The notes below the pieces were generated by a model. It was not told the DNA's origin. It made no database searches and worked only from the letters and a program-made list of their open reading frames with translations. Made by a program: the position numbers and the translations under genes. A stretch of DNA of 64,000 nt from an uncultured Pseudomonadota bacterium (lineage in GTDB: Bacteria > Pseudomonadota > Alphaproteobacteria > JACZXZ01): positions 576,001 to 640,000 of the forward strand of contig CAVVLJ010000020.1 of assembly GCA_963749075.1 (NCBI GenBank), read 5' to 3'. Numbering within the stretch: the first letter of the stretch is position 1; every line of letters begins with the position of its first letter. Positions 1 through 10,149 of the stretch are shown here, piece by piece.

Positions 1-175
1 CCGGCTCGAGGCGGAAGAGGATGGTCGAGAGGCCGCTCGCCGGGTCGCTGTAGAGCACCTTCATCTCGATGCCCGGGAACTTGGTCCTCTCCCATGGCAT
101 GTTGACCGCATCGATGTAGTGGGAACGCGTCGCCTCCGTGTTCTCCGGGCGCATCGTGGCGTCGACCATCGTCAT
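1..175 (-). CDS. Cupin-domain protein (ChrR-like cupin), 5' part only; runs off the window
   Basis: Manual translation MTMVDATMRPENTEATRSHYIDAVNMPWERTKFPGIEMKVLYSDPASGLSTILFRLEP; GGGAGGA RBS upstream; W..T.FPGI..KVL pattern typical of ChrR-type cupins. Confidence 0.7.
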   Translation of the reverse strand, partial: MTMVDATMRPENTEATRSHYIDAVNMPWERTKFPGIEMKVLYSDPASGLSTILFRLEP

Positions 176-202
176 CGGGGTCCTCCCTTCTCCGGGCACG
201 GG

Positions 203-1429
203 CTAAAGTGCCGCCTCGCGCGCCGCGAAGCTGACGGGGAGCGCGCGCATGCCGCGGAAGACGAGCGAGTTCAGCCACTCGAGCCGCGTTGGCGCAAGGG
301 CGAGACCGGGGAGGCGCTCGACCAGCCGGGAAAGCGCGATCCTCGCCTCGAGCCGCGCGAGCGGCGCCCCTAAGCAGAAGTGGATGCCGTAGCCGAAGGC
401 GATGTGGCGGTTGGGCTCGCGCGCGAGGTCGAGCCGGTCGGGCTTGCGGAACTGCGCGGGGTCGCGGTTGGCGGCGGTCAGCATGAGGATGAGCCGCTCG
501 CCCGGGCGGATGCGCCGGCCGGAGAGCTCGAGCTCGGCGCGCGCGATGCGGGTGAGCGCCTGCACCGGCCCGTCGTAGCGCAGGAACTCCTCGACGGCAC
601 TCTCGGCGAGCTCCGGGTGGCGCTTTAGGCGGGCGAGCTCCTGCGGATTGCGCAGCAGGGCGAGGGTGGCGTTGGCGATCAGGTTGGTCGTCGTCTCGTG
701 CCCGGCGAAGAGCAGCAGCACGGCGTTGGCGACGAGCTCGGCTTCGTCGAGGCGGGCGTCCTCCTCGCGCGCGCGGATCATGGCGCCGAGCGCGTCGGCG
801 GGCGGTGCCGCGCGCCGCGCCGCGATGAGGCTCGCGAAATAATCGCGCATCGCACCCCAGCTCCGCGCTGCGCGCTCGTGCTTGTCGGGAAGCGCGAGCG
901 CCGTGCCCACCACGGTCGCGAGATCGTCCGACCAGGCCTTGAGCCGGGCGAAGTCCTCGGCCGGCACGCCGAGGAGCTTGCCGATGACCGCGACGGGGAG
1001 CGGATAGGCGAGATCGCCGATCACGTCCATGGCGCCCGCCGCCTCGGCGCGCTCGAGAAAGCCGTCCACCAGCGCCTCGATCGCCGGCTCAAGGCGGTTG
1101 ACCGCGGCAGGGACGAAGGCCCGGTTCATGGCCGCGCGCAGGCGCGTGTGGTCGGGCGGATCGCGGAACACGGCCCAGAGGCCGAGCGCCTTGGCGAGCT
1201 CGGCGAGCGGCGAGCCGTCGGCCCCCGAGACATGGTCGGCGAAGGGGGTGATGCGGTCGGCCGAGAGGCGCGGGTCGTTGAGTGCTGCGTGCACGTCGGC
1301 GTAGCGCGTCAGGAGCCAGCCGCCGAGCCGCCCGCTCCAATGGACCGGGTCCTCCTCGCGCAGGCGGCGCATGAGCGGGTAGGGGTCGGCGCGCACCTCG
1401 GCGCGGCTCAAGTCGAAATCCAAGTCCAT
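203..1429 (-). CDS. Cytochrome P450
   Basis: I-helix FAGHETT, EFLR (ExxR), heme motif FGYGIHFCLG; start taken at MDLDFD. Confidence 0.95.
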   Translation of the reverse strand: MDLDFDLSRAEVRADPYPLMRRLREEDPVHWSGRLGGWLLTRYADVHAALNDPRLSADRITPFADHVSGADGSPLAELAKALGLWAVFRDPPDHTRLRAAMNRAFVPAAVNRLEPAIEALVDGFLERAEAAGAMDVIGDLAYPLPVAVIGKLLGVPAEDFARLKAWSDDLATVVGTALALPDKHERAARSWGAMRDYFASLIAARRAAPPADALGAMIRAREEDARLDEAELVANAVLLLFAGHETTTNLIANATLALLRNPQELARLKRHPELAESAVEEFLRYDGPVQALTRIARAELELSGRRIRPGERLILMLTAANRDPAQFRKPDRLDLAREPNRHIAFGYGIHFCLGAPLARLEARIALSRLVERLPGLALAPTRLEWLNSLVFRGMRALPVSFAAREAAL

Positions 1430-1577
1430 CGTCCGGGTCCCGCCTCTTGCCGGCCGCGCGCGCTTTAATCCTATGCCAAGTGCGCGCGGAATGGCACGCC
1501 GCGCTGCAAGGAGCCTTGGCAGGGGAGCCGCGGCTCCGATAAAACACCAGCCTTCACCTCTCACGCGGGAGACGAGG

Positions 1578-2756
1578 GTGGCGGAGAGCTACGACGTGGT
1601 GATCGTGGGCGGCGGTGCCGTGGGCAGCGCGGTCGCGTTTTTTCTCACGGCCGACTCGGGCTTCGGCGGCCGCGTGGCGGTCGTGGAGCGCGACCCGAGC
1701 TACGCCCGCGCCTCCACCACGCGCTCGGCGGGCGGCGTGCGCCAGCAGTTCTCGACCCCCGGCAACATCGAGATGTCCAAGTTCGGCGCCCATTTCGTCA
1801 AGCACGTCGGCGACTATCTGGCGGTTGACGGCGAGGTGCCGCAGCTGAGCTTCCGCGAGGGCGGCTATCTCTTCCTGGCGAGCGAGGCGGGCCGCGCCGT
1901 GCTCGAGCGGAACCATGCGATGCAGCGGGCGCACGGCGCCGACAACGTGCTGCTTCCGCCTGAGGCGCTCGCCAGGCGCTTCCCCTGGCTCGACACCGCG
2001 GGTATAGCGCTCGGCTCGCTCGGGTTGGCCAACGAGGGCTGGTTCGACCCCCACGCGCTCCTCCAGGGCTTCAAGCGCAAGGCGCGCGCCGGCGGCGCCG
2101 TCTACATCGCGGACGAGGTGGTGGGCATCGCGCGGAGCGGTGCTGCCATAACGGGCGTAAACCTGCGCTCGGGCGAAGCGCTCGGCTGCGGCATCCTGGT
2201 CGACGCGGCCGGGCCCTTCGCCGGCGCCGTGGCGGCGCTCGCCGGCATCGAGCTGCCGGTCCGCCCGCGCAAGCGCTACGTCTATGTCATCGCCTGCCGC
2301 ACGCCGGTCGAGCGCTGCCCGCTCCTCATCGACACCACGGGCGTGTGGGTGCGCCCGGAGGGCAGCCAGTTCATCTGCGGCGTCTCGCCCGAGGAGAGCG
2401 AGGATAGGGACTGCGAGGATCTCGAGCTCGATTACCGCCTCTGGGAGGAGGTCGTGTGGCCAACCCTCGCCCGCCGCATCCCGCCCTTCGAGGCCGTCAA
2501 GCTCACCAATGCCTGGGCCGGGCATTACGACTACAACACGGTCGACCAGAACGCCATCCTCGGGCCGCATCCCGAGGTGCGCAATCTCCTCTTCGCCAAC
2601 GGCTTCAGCGGCCACGGCATCCAGCAGTCGCCCGCCGCCGGGCGCGCCATTGCCGAGCTCGTCCGTTACGGCGGCTACCGCAGCCTCGATCTCTCGGAAT
2701 TCGCTTACGCGCGCTTTGCCGCGGGCCGGCCCTTGCGCGAGCTCAACGTGGTGTGA
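1578..2756 (+). CDS. FAD-dependent oxidoreductase (DAO / sarcosine oxidase beta / FOXRED1-like)
   Basis: GGGAVG Rossmann motif, STTRSAGGVRQQFS, NGFSGHGIQQSPAAG; GTG start after GGAGACGAGG. Confidence 0.9.
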   Translation: MAESYDVVIVGGGAVGSAVAFFLTADSGFGGRVAVVERDPSYARASTTRSAGGVRQQFSTPGNIEMSKFGAHFVKHVGDYLAVDGEVPQLSFREGGYLFLASEAGRAVLERNHAMQRAHGADNVLLPPEALARRFPWLDTAGIALGSLGLANEGWFDPHALLQGFKRKARAGGAVYIADEVVGIARSGAAITGVNLRSGEALGCGILVDAAGPFAGAVAALAGIELPVRPRKRYVYVIACRTPVERCPLLIDTTGVWVRPEGSQFICGVSPEESEDRDCEDLELDYRLWEEVVWPTLARRIPPFEAVKLTNAWAGHYDYNTVDQNAILGPHPEVRNLLFANGFSGHGIQQSPAAGRAIAELVRYGGYRSLDLSEFAYARFAAGRPLRELNVV

Positions 2757-2768
2757 GCCGCGGCACCC

Positions 2769-3164
2769 TTACGGGCCGACGATCGCGTAATAGGCGCCGC
2801 CGTTGCCGACCTCGGTGAAGAAGACCCAGTAGTTGACCTGCTCGCCGCAGCGGTCGAGCGTCCACATCTCGCGCCACTTCTTCTCGGTGACGGAGCCGAG
2901 CGAGCGTACGGTCGGCGCCTCGGCGGGGGCCGCCTTGACGAATTGCTTCTGCTGGCAGCCCGGCACCTTCTGGTCGTCCTGGCCGAGGATGGTGATCTGG
3001 GTCTTGCTCTGGAGGAAGGGCGAGGCGAGCGAGCCGATGTTGTAGCCGTCGGCGCCGCCCCCCTGGGTTCCGGCCGCAAAGGCCGCCGCCCCTGGAAGCT
3101 GAGACATCAAAAGAGCGGCCGCAGCCGCCACGCCGTAAAGGCGCCACTCCCTCTTTGCGCGCAT
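2769..3164 (-). CDS. Hypothetical secreted protein
   Basis: Signal-peptide-like N-terminus, two Cys, W-rich motif WREMWTLDRCG; GAGAGGG RBS. Confidence 0.65.
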   Translation of the reverse strand: MRAKREWRLYGVAAAAALLMSQLPGAAAFAAGTQGGGADGYNIGSLASPFLQSKTQITILGQDDQKVPGCQQKQFVKAAPAEAPTVRSLGSVTEKKWREMWTLDRCGEQVNYWVFFTEVGNGGAYYAIVGP

Positions 3165-3302
3165 CAGATCCCTCTCGCCGCCGGTCGATGGCTGATTTTT
3201 TTGTTGTGCCGCAGCCTAGCGTTTTTGGGCGGCGCCGCCAAATGATTTCCACAAGGCCTGTTTCCACAAGGGTGGGCGCTCGCGCCGGACGGCGCCGAGG
3301 CG

Positions 3303-3337
3303 AAAAAGAGAGCGGCGCCGGCAATGGCCGGCGCCGC
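3303..3337 (-). terminator. Rho-independent terminator after the OmpA gene
   Basis: Stem GCGGCGCCGG...CCGGCGCCGC followed on the minus strand by TCTCTTTTT. Confidence 0.7.
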
Positions 3338-3362
3338 AGTCCTGAAGTCGCGTCCGACGAGC

Positions 3363-4203
3363 TTACTGGAGCTCGATGTGGACGTTCCGGTTCTCCTGCT
3401 CGCGGACCTGATCCGGGGTCTTCACCCTGAGATCGGTCTTGCCCTTGCCGATGGAGGTGATGACGGCTGCGGGCACGCCGTGATGCACGAGGTAGTTCTT
3501 GGCGGCCAGCGCGCGCTCCACCGAGAGACGCTGGTTGTAAGGTGCCGTGCCGACGGTGTCGGTGTGGCCGGTCAGCAGCACCTTGGGCTTGCCGAGCTTG
3601 CGGATCGAGTTCGAGCACGCTGTTGAGGATCTCCGCCGCATCCGCGCGGATGTTGTAGCGGTTGAAGTTGTAGTAGATCCAGAAGTCGCGCGCCGGCGGC
3701 TCCATGACCATGGGCTTCGGCTTCTCGAGCTTCGCCATGGCCTGCTCGAAGCGCGCCCGGCAGCCGTCGAGGACCGCCTTATAGATCGGGTCGCACCAGT
3801 CGCGGATCATGCAGTCGAACGAGACTTGCGCGATGGCAAGGTCCCCCGGATCGCTCTGCTTGGCGCCGGCCGCGATGACGGCGTTGAGCCGCGCCTCGTT
3901 GTGCTTCGCCTCGGCGAGCTTGGGCGGCGGCAGGCCCTGGGCATCAACATTCTCCCAGGGCACCTCCTGGCCCGCGCCGGCCGCCGCCGACTTGTGACCC
4001 CAGAAGAGGGCTTCGCTCAGGAAGCGGTTGTGCTGAAAATCCCGAGCCAGGACCATGTATTCTTTGTGCAGGGCCTGAGCGTAGGGCGAGCCCGTCCCAG
4101 GACTCTGCTCGATCGGGTTAAGCTGTGCGTTGATGTCGTCTGGATAGCAGGCACCGAGCAGCAAAAGCCCGACTACGGCACCGAGCGCTCTCACGAGTTT
4201 CAT
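3363..4203 (-). CDS. OmpA-family lipoprotein, split by a +1 frameshift near 3610
   Basis: Lipobox LLGAC; OmpA_C motifs YYNFNRYNI, GHTDTVG, YNQRLS..RA, NRNVHI spread over two frames; removing one base joins them. Confidence 0.85.
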
Positions 4204-4500
4204 TTCTTCACCCCCTGTGGAGTTCAGCCCCCGTTTCTGTTGCACCCTAGCCGAAGGCGCTCATTGTTGCAACAGGAGGGACCCGCGCCGAAGCCATCCC
4301 ACCGCTCCACTTTGCGAGGGTCCAATCGCTCCAACGCGCCAGCAAGATAGGACATGGCAAATGCCTCAAACAAATCAACATTGACGTTGCATCGGGGCTC
4401 AATCTAGGGAAAGGGTGTGACAAAAATGCGACGCTTAGCCTTTGCAATTCGCAAAAATAGCCGGCTCAGCATGGCAAGGCGGCAGGCGGCCGGAGATCTC

Positions 4501-4923
4501 TCAATGAAGCTGCTTGACGTCCGGCTGGCTGGGCAGGGCGGGATCGGCGGTCTCCGCCGAGAGCGGCCCGGCCTGATGATGGTAGAGTTTCCAGCCGCCC
4601 GCCTCGCGCACGAAGAGGTTGGTGGCCACGAGATAGCCCTCCTCGACGATCTCGTAGCAGACGACGGTGGCGACATCGCCTTTGAGCGTCACCCGGCACT
4701 GCAGGCAGCGGATGTTGGGCGACTGAGGATTGCCGAGGATGCCGGCCCAGCTTTCCATCACCGCCTCCCGGCCGAACAGCGGCGCCCAGCCAGGATGCAG
4801 GCAGGCGACCTCCACGTCGCGCGCCCAGAGTGCCGCCATGGCAGGAAGGTCGCGCGTCGCAAAGGCCCGGTAGAAGGCCTCATTGGCCGCCAGGGCGGCT
4901 TGCTCTCCCTCGCTCGCGCGCAT
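4501..4923 (-). CDS. SnoaL-like / NTF2-family protein
   Basis: ANEAFYRAF..RD..AM..LW, CLHPGW, ATNLF, WKLYHHQ motifs. Confidence 0.85.
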   Translation of the reverse strand: MRASEGEQAALAANEAFYRAFATRDLPAMAALWARDVEVACLHPGWAPLFGREAVMESWAGILGNPQSPNIRCLQCRVTLKGDVATVVCYEIVEEGYLVATNLFVREAGGWKLYHHQAGPLSAETADPALPSQPDVKQLH

Positions 4924-5040
4924 GCTGCGGCCCCGGCGACGCCTCACCACCGGCAAGCTTAGTCGATCCGCGCGCGACCGGGGATAGAAGTTTGCCCGCT
5001 CAAGCTCGGCCGCCTGCCGCAGCACGGGGCCACCGCGGCC

Positions 5041-6249
5041 TCAGGCGCGCACCAGCCCCTCGAGAGGCCGCACCTGGGCGCTCTCCGGGAAGACCACGCG
5101 GTCGAGCGCCTCTTGCGGCAGCTCCAGGTGGTCGCGCAACACGCCCTTGAGCGCTGCCCGCAGGTCGAGGGTCGCCGCCAGGTCGCGGCCCTGGTAGAGC
5201 TGTCCCTGGCCGAGGCCGGGCCAGCGCGCCACGACGCGTCCGCCGTGGACGGCGCCGCCGATGACGAAGGCGGCGGTCGCGGTGCCGTGATCCGTCCCGC
5301 CGGTGCCGTTGGGGTGGACCGTACGGCCGAACTCGGTGGCGGCGACGACGACCGTGCTCTTCCAACTCGGCCCCAGGGACTGGGCAAGGCCCGCGACGCC
5401 CGTGGCAAAGGCCTTGAGGGTGTCGGCCATGCGCCCTGCCACGGTGCCCTGGCCCTGGTGGGTGTCCCAGCCGAGGCACTCCATGACGGCGACGCGCGGC
5501 CCGGCCTCGGCGGCGAGGAGCTTGCCCGCCTCTGGGGCGAGCCTGGCGAAGGCATTGGCTTGCGGCCCCACCGGTCCCATGGCGCGCTGGTCGCCCAGCG
5601 TCTCGTCGGCAAGGGTCTCCCCCTGCACCCCCTCCTCGAGCGCCGAGGCGAAGAGGCGGTCGCCGCCGTAGAGCGCGCGCAAATCGCGCACCAGCTCGGG
5701 CGGCAGGCCGGGGAGCTGGGAGGGCGCCCACGACTTGACCGGCACGGCGCCGCGCAGCGCTAGCGGGATGCCCTGGCCCACGGCGAGGCCGCTCCGCGTC
5801 CCCTCGGCGCCGTAGAGGCCGAGGGCGCGGTTGAGCCAGCCGCTCTCGCTCACATGGGGCTTGGCGGCGCCGTTCTCGAGCACGTCCTGGCCGTCGAAGT
5901 GGGAGCGCTCGCGGTAGGGCGTCGCCACGGCGTGGAGGGCCAGCGCCTCGCCCGACTTGAACAGCGACGCGATGGGCTCGAGTGCGGCATTGAGGCCGTA
6001 GAAGCGGTCGAGCGGCAGGATGCCGCCCGTCTCGCCCGGCTGGGGGAGCGAAAGCGAGCCGCGCACCGCGCGGTAGTCGGGATCGCCGTAGGGCGGCACC
6101 GAGGCGAGGCCGTCCATGGCGCCGCGCAGGATGACGAGCACGAAGCGCCGCTCGCTCGCAATGCGGGCGAAGGCGACGCCGGGCAAGCCGAGCGCTGCGG
6201 CACCGGAGCCGAGGGCCACGCCCAAAAGCATGTCGCGGCGGGAGAGCAT
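5041..6249 (-). CDS. DUF1501 family protein, Tat-exported
   Basis: SRRDML twin-arginine signal; LRGAMDGL, RSHFDGQ, WDTH, EFGRT, GTDHG motifs. Confidence 0.9.
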   Translation of the reverse strand: MLSRRDMLLGVALGSGAAALGLPGVAFARIASERRFVLVILRGAMDGLASVPPYGDPDYRAVRGSLSLPQPGETGGILPLDRFYGLNAALEPIASLFKSGEALALHAVATPYRERSHFDGQDVLENGAAKPHVSESGWLNRALGLYGAEGTRSGLAVGQGIPLALRGAVPVKSWAPSQLPGLPPELVRDLRALYGGDRLFASALEEGVQGETLADETLGDQRAMGPVGPQANAFARLAPEAGKLLAAEAGPRVAVMECLGWDTHQGQGTVAGRMADTLKAFATGVAGLAQSLGPSWKSTVVVAATEFGRTVHPNGTGGTDHGTATAAFVIGGAVHGGRVVARWPGLGQGQLYQGRDLAATLDLRAALKGVLRDHLELPQEALDRVVFPESAQVRPLEGLVRA

Positions 6250-6252
6250 GGG

Positions 6253-7677
6253 CTACCTCCTCTGGAATTCGCGGCTGGCGAAGACGAGGGTCAGCTTGGC
6301 GACCGGATCGCCGGCGGACGCGATCGTCTTGAGGGTCGAGGGCGAGGCCACGGGTGCGATCGTCTCGCGCGCAATGGCCTCGGCGGGGGTGCCGCCGGCC
6401 AGCTTGTGCGCTGCAGCATCGGCCCACTCGATGCGGTGCATGAGCGCCTCGGGCGCCAGCCAGTCGGACGCCCGGTCGGGCCAGCCCGCGGGCGAGGGTG
6501 CCGCGAAGGGCGGCTGGCCGAGAACGCGCAGCGACTGCACGAGCACGCGCGGCTCCTGCGGCACGAAGCCGCTCGCGCGCACGAGCGAGACGACGAGGTC
6601 CTGGGGCGTCTTCACCTTGGCCAGCGGGTCGCGCCACGCCTCCGGCGCCTCGACGAGCGCCCGTGTTACGGCCCCGAGGTTGCCGTCGCTCCTCAGATAG
6701 ACCGCGGCCAGGCGCGCCACCGCCGCCGCCGGCGGCTCGTCGGCGATGAAATGGCGCGCGAGCTTGAGCGCGAGATGATGCGCCGTCGCCGGGTGGCGGG
6801 CGAGGTTGCCGATCGCCGCCTCGGCCTCCTCCATCCCGGCCTCGCGATAGGTGACGCCGAGCAGCGTCTTGGGCCCCGGCTCATGGATGCGCGGGGCGAA
6901 GTGGAAGCTGCCGCCGCCCGGCTGGCGCGGCGGCACGATGCTCCAGCCCGTCAGCATGCGCGCCATGGCCTCCACGTCGCGCTGGCCGTAGCCGCCGTTG
7001 ACGCCGAGGGTGTGGAGCTCGAGGAGCTCGCGGCCGAGGTTCTCGTTGATGCCCTTGCCGAGGCGCAAGCCCGCCATCGAGTCGGGCCCGATCGAGCGCG
7101 CATTGTCGAGATAGAGCAGCATCGCCGGATGGCGCAGCACGGCGCCCACCATGTCGGCGAAGCGGCCCAGCACGTGCGGCCGGATGGCCTCGCGCTCGAA
7201 GGGACCGCAGAGGCCGGCGACCACGGGGCGCTGGATCGAGACGGTGAAATGGTTCGACCAGAAGGCGACGAGCCGCTCGACGAGCGGCGTCGTGCTCTCT
7301 ATTGCGGCGTGCGTGCGCGCCACCGCCTCGGCGAGATAGACCTCGCGGATCGGCCGGGCGAGGTTGGCGAGTGCCGCCTTGGCCGTCGCCGCTGCGGGCT
7401 CTTCCATGGGTTCGGCCATGTTGGCGCGCCGCGCGAACGCAACCTGGTTGCCGGCTGCGAGCTGCTTCCTCTCCTCCTGGATCTCGAGGCGCAGCGCAAA
7501 GAAGCGCTGCACCTGCTCCTGCGGGGGCGGCAGGCTCGCAAGTGCGGCCGGCGCCTCCGGTGCGGCAAGCTGGTGGAGGAGCCAGCCGCGCGGGTCGCCG
7601 GCAATGCGCCCCAGATCTCCCGGCCGCGGGCCGAGCCCGAAGCGATTCGCCGCGATGAAGGCCTGTTCGAGCGCCAT
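6253..7677 (-). CDS. DUF1800 family protein
   Basis: NRFGLGPRPG, FWSNHF, MLLYLDN, NENLGRELLELHTLG motifs; directly upstream of DUF1501. Confidence 0.9.
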   Translation of the reverse strand: MALEQAFIAANRFGLGPRPGDLGRIAGDPRGWLLHQLAAPEAPAALASLPPPQEQVQRFFALRLEIQEERKQLAAGNQVAFARRANMAEPMEEPAAATAKAALANLARPIREVYLAEAVARTHAAIESTTPLVERLVAFWSNHFTVSIQRPVVAGLCGPFEREAIRPHVLGRFADMVGAVLRHPAMLLYLDNARSIGPDSMAGLRLGKGINENLGRELLELHTLGVNGGYGQRDVEAMARMLTGWSIVPPRQPGGGSFHFAPRIHEPGPKTLLGVTYREAGMEEAEAAIGNLARHPATAHHLALKLARHFIADEPPAAAVARLAAVYLRSDGNLGAVTRALVEAPEAWRDPLAKVKTPQDLVVSLVRASGFVPQEPRVLVQSLRVLGQPPFAAPSPAGWPDRASDWLAPEALMHRIEWADAAAHKLAGGTPAEAIARETIAPVASPSTLKTIASAGDPVAKLTLVFASREFQRR

Positions 7678-7780
7678 GGGCGCGCCTCAAATTTGATTAA
7701 AATGCTTGCTGCACGCGTATCATCGCATGCCGTCCAGGATACGCCCTTGAAAGCACAATCCTGCGGCCGGCGCCAGCCCG

Positions 7781-8422
7781 TCAAGCGCCGAGGCGCAGCA
7801 CCCGGCCGCCCGCGGCACGGGCGTCCGCCGCGTCGTGGGTGACGAGGAGTGCGGGCAGCGCGCGCAGCACTATGTGGCCGAAGACGAAGCGGCGGAACTC
7901 CTCGCGCAGCGCCGCATCGAGCCTGTTGAAGGGCTCGTCGAGGAGGAGTGCCTCCGGCTCGGCGAGGAGGATGCGCAAGAGCGAGACGCGCGCGCGCTGG
8001 CCGCCCGAGAGCGTGGCCGGATCGCGCCGCGCGAAGCCGGCGAGCCCCGCCTCGCCGAGTGCCGCCTCGATGCGGGCGCCGCGCTCGGCCTTGCCGCGCA
8101 CCGCGGCTGCCAAGCCGAAGGCCAGGTTGCCGCCGACCGAGAGGTGCGGGAAGAGCAGGTCGTCCTGGAAGAGGATGCCGAGGCGGCGCTCCTCGGGCGG
8201 CAGCTCGGTGACCTCGCGCTCGCCCACGAAGACGCGGCCGCGCGCGCTGAAGGCGGGGTCCGCGGTGCCGCAGATGAAGGCGAGGAGCGTCGACTTGCCG
8301 GCACCGCTCGCTCCCATGATCGTCACCACCTCGCCCGGCGCCACGGCAAGATCGAGCGCCGGCACGAGGATGCGGCCGGCAAGCGCCAGCTCGACGCCTT
8401 CGAGGCGGAGTGCCCCGCTCAT
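7781..8422 (-). CDS. ynjD: ABC transporter ATP-binding protein (YnjD-like)
   Basis: Walker A GASGAGKS, FQDDLLFPHLSV, LSGGQ, LLLDEPF; start overlaps the permease stop. Confidence 0.85.
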   Translation of the reverse strand: MSGALRLEGVELALAGRILVPALDLAVAPGEVVTIMGASGAGKSTLLAFICGTADPAFSARGRVFVGEREVTELPPEERRLGILFQDDLLFPHLSVGGNLAFGLAAAVRGKAERGARIEAALGEAGLAGFARRDPATLSGGQRARVSLLRILLAEPEALLLDEPFNRLDAALREEFRRFVFGHIVLRALPALLVTHDAADARAAGGRVLRLGA

Positions 8423-10149
8423 CCCGGCCGCACGTGCCCGCGCCGCCAGGCCGAGAGTGCGGCGGGAAAGAGGATGGCAAGGCCGAAGGCGAGGAGCGGC
8501 AGGAGCGACTGGAGGAAGGCGTAGACCGCGATGACGCGGCGGTCGGCACCCGCGGCGAGCGTCACCGCCTCGGTCGTCAGCGTGGCGAGCCGGCCGGCGC
8601 CGGCAAAGACGGTCGGCAGGTACTGGCCGACGCTGACCGCGAAGCCGACCGCGGCGGCGATGAGGAGCGGGCGCAGCAGCATGGGGAGCTTGACGCGGAG
8701 GAGGACGCGCGCCGGCCGGGCGCCGAGGCAGCGCGCCGTGCGCGCGTAGCGCGGGTCGAGCGCGCGCCAGGGATCGGCGAGCGAGAGGAAGACGTAGGGC
8801 AGCACGAAGAGGAGATGGGCCCAGACGACGGCGGCGAAGGTGCCGTCGAGGTCGAGGCGCAGGAGCAGCACTTGCGCGCCGAAGAGGAAGGCGATCTGCG
8901 GCACCAGGAGCGGCGCGTAGAGGAGCCAGAGCGCCTTGGCACCGGCGCGGGCGCCGCTCTCCTCCTCGTTCTCGAGGCAGGCGAGGGTGAGCGCGAGCGC
9001 GAGCGCCGTCGCCGCGAGCGCCACGGAGCACGTCGTCGCGGTGGGCCAGGCGAGGCTCCTGAGCGCGTGCCGCCAGGTGGCGAGCGTCCAGCCGCCCGGC
9101 AGGCTCGCGGGAAAGCGCCAGGCCGAGGCCACGGACCAGAGGGCGATGCCCAGCATGCTGAGCATGCTCAGCATCATGAGGAGGAGCGGGGCCAAGGCGG
9201 CCAGGCGCAGGCCCGGCTCGGCCGCGCGCCCGCGGCCGCCGCGCGCGATCCAGCGCCGCCCGAGCGACCCGGCCGCGGCCTCGCCCAGGCGCCAGAGGCC
9301 GGTCGCCGCGGCGACGATGGCAAGGAGCAGAGAGGCGGCGGCGGCGGCCGGGAAATAGAGCGTCACGTCCGGGTTGGAGAACCAGCGCAGGGCGAGCACC
9401 GCAAGCGGCGGCGGATTGCCCGGCCCCAGGATGAGGGCGATGTCGACGACCGAGAGCGAGAAGGCGAGTACGGCATAGACCGGCAGGCGGATCTGCGGAT
9501 AGATCTGCGGCAGCACGATCTTGATCCAGGCGACGCAGCGGCCGTAGCCGAGCGCCCGCGCCACGTCGAGCTGGGCACGCGCCGGCACCTGGTTGAGGGC
9601 GGCGAGCGTCATGAGGAGGAGGTAGGGCACCTCCTTGACGAGGAGGCCCAAGACGAGGGCGAAGCCCCAGGGATCGCCCACGCTCGCCACGTCGGGCGGC
9701 AGCGTCCAGCCGGTGAGCCACGGCGAGACGAGGCGGGCAAGCCAGCCGCTCGGCGCCAGGAGGAAGGCGAGCCCGATCGCCATCGCCGAATGGGGCGAGG
9801 AGAGGAGCGGGGCCAGCATCGCCTGCACGCCGCGAAAGGCCGGCCGGCCATGGGCCCAGGCGCAAAGCGCCACGGTGAGCGCGAGGGCGGCCGCGGTGGC
9901 GGCAAGGCCGGTCGAGAGCGTGAGACGCAAGGCGGTGGCGAAGCCTGGATGGGCGAAGAGCTGCCGCCAGGGGGCGAGGCCGAGGTGCGCGCCGCCGAGT
10001 GCCGGCAGGTAGCCGAAGGCCGGCAGCAGCGTGCCCAAGAGCCCCGCCGCGATCGGCAGCAGGAAGGCGGCGACGGTCGCGGCGGGTGCCGCGCGCAGCA
10101 GGCGGCCGGCGCGCCGCGGCCGCGCGGCAGCGAGAGCGCCGCGCGGCAC
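8419..10149 (-). CDS. ynjC: ABC transporter permease (YnjC-like, duplicated TM domain)
   Basis: Many TM segments, PAFGYLP, LYAPLLVPQIAFLFG; GTG start overlaps the upstream TAG. Confidence 0.85.
   Translation of the reverse strand: MPRGALAAARPRRAGRLLRAAPAATVAAFLLPIAAGLLGTLLPAFGYLPALGGAHLGLAPWRQLFAHPGFATALRLTLSTGLAATAAALALTVALCAWAHGRPAFRGVQAMLAPLLSSPHSAMAIGLAFLLAPSGWLARLVSPWLTGWTLPPDVASVGDPWGFALVLGLLVKEVPYLLLMTLAALNQVPARAQLDVARALGYGRCVAWIKIVLPQIYPQIRLPVYAVLAFSLSVVDIALILGPGNPPPLAVLALRWFSNPDVTLYFPAAAAASLLLAIVAAATGLWRLGEAAAGSLGRRWIARGGRGRAAEPGLRLAALAPLLLMMLSMLSMLGIALWSVASAWRFPASLPGGWTLATWRHALRSLAWPTATTCSVALAATALALALTLACLENEEESGARAGAKALWLLYAPLLVPQIAFLFGAQVLLLRLDLDGTFAAVVWAHLLFVLPYVFLSLADPWRALDPRYARTARCLGARPARVLLRVKLPMLLRPLLIAAAVGFAVSVGQYLPTVFAGAGRLATLTTEAVTLAAGADRRVIAVYAFLQSLLPLLAFGLAILFPAALSAWRRGHVRPG

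Noticed and set aside
1485-1512. Possible sigma-54 promoter TGGCACG upstream of the oxidoreductase
   Set aside because: The GG-to-GC spacing is one base off the strict -24/-12 consensus
3600-3620. Programmed ribosomal frameshifting or phase variation at the split genes
   Set aside because: No slippery heptamer, long homopolymer or SSR at any of the four sites; a single-base error is simpler
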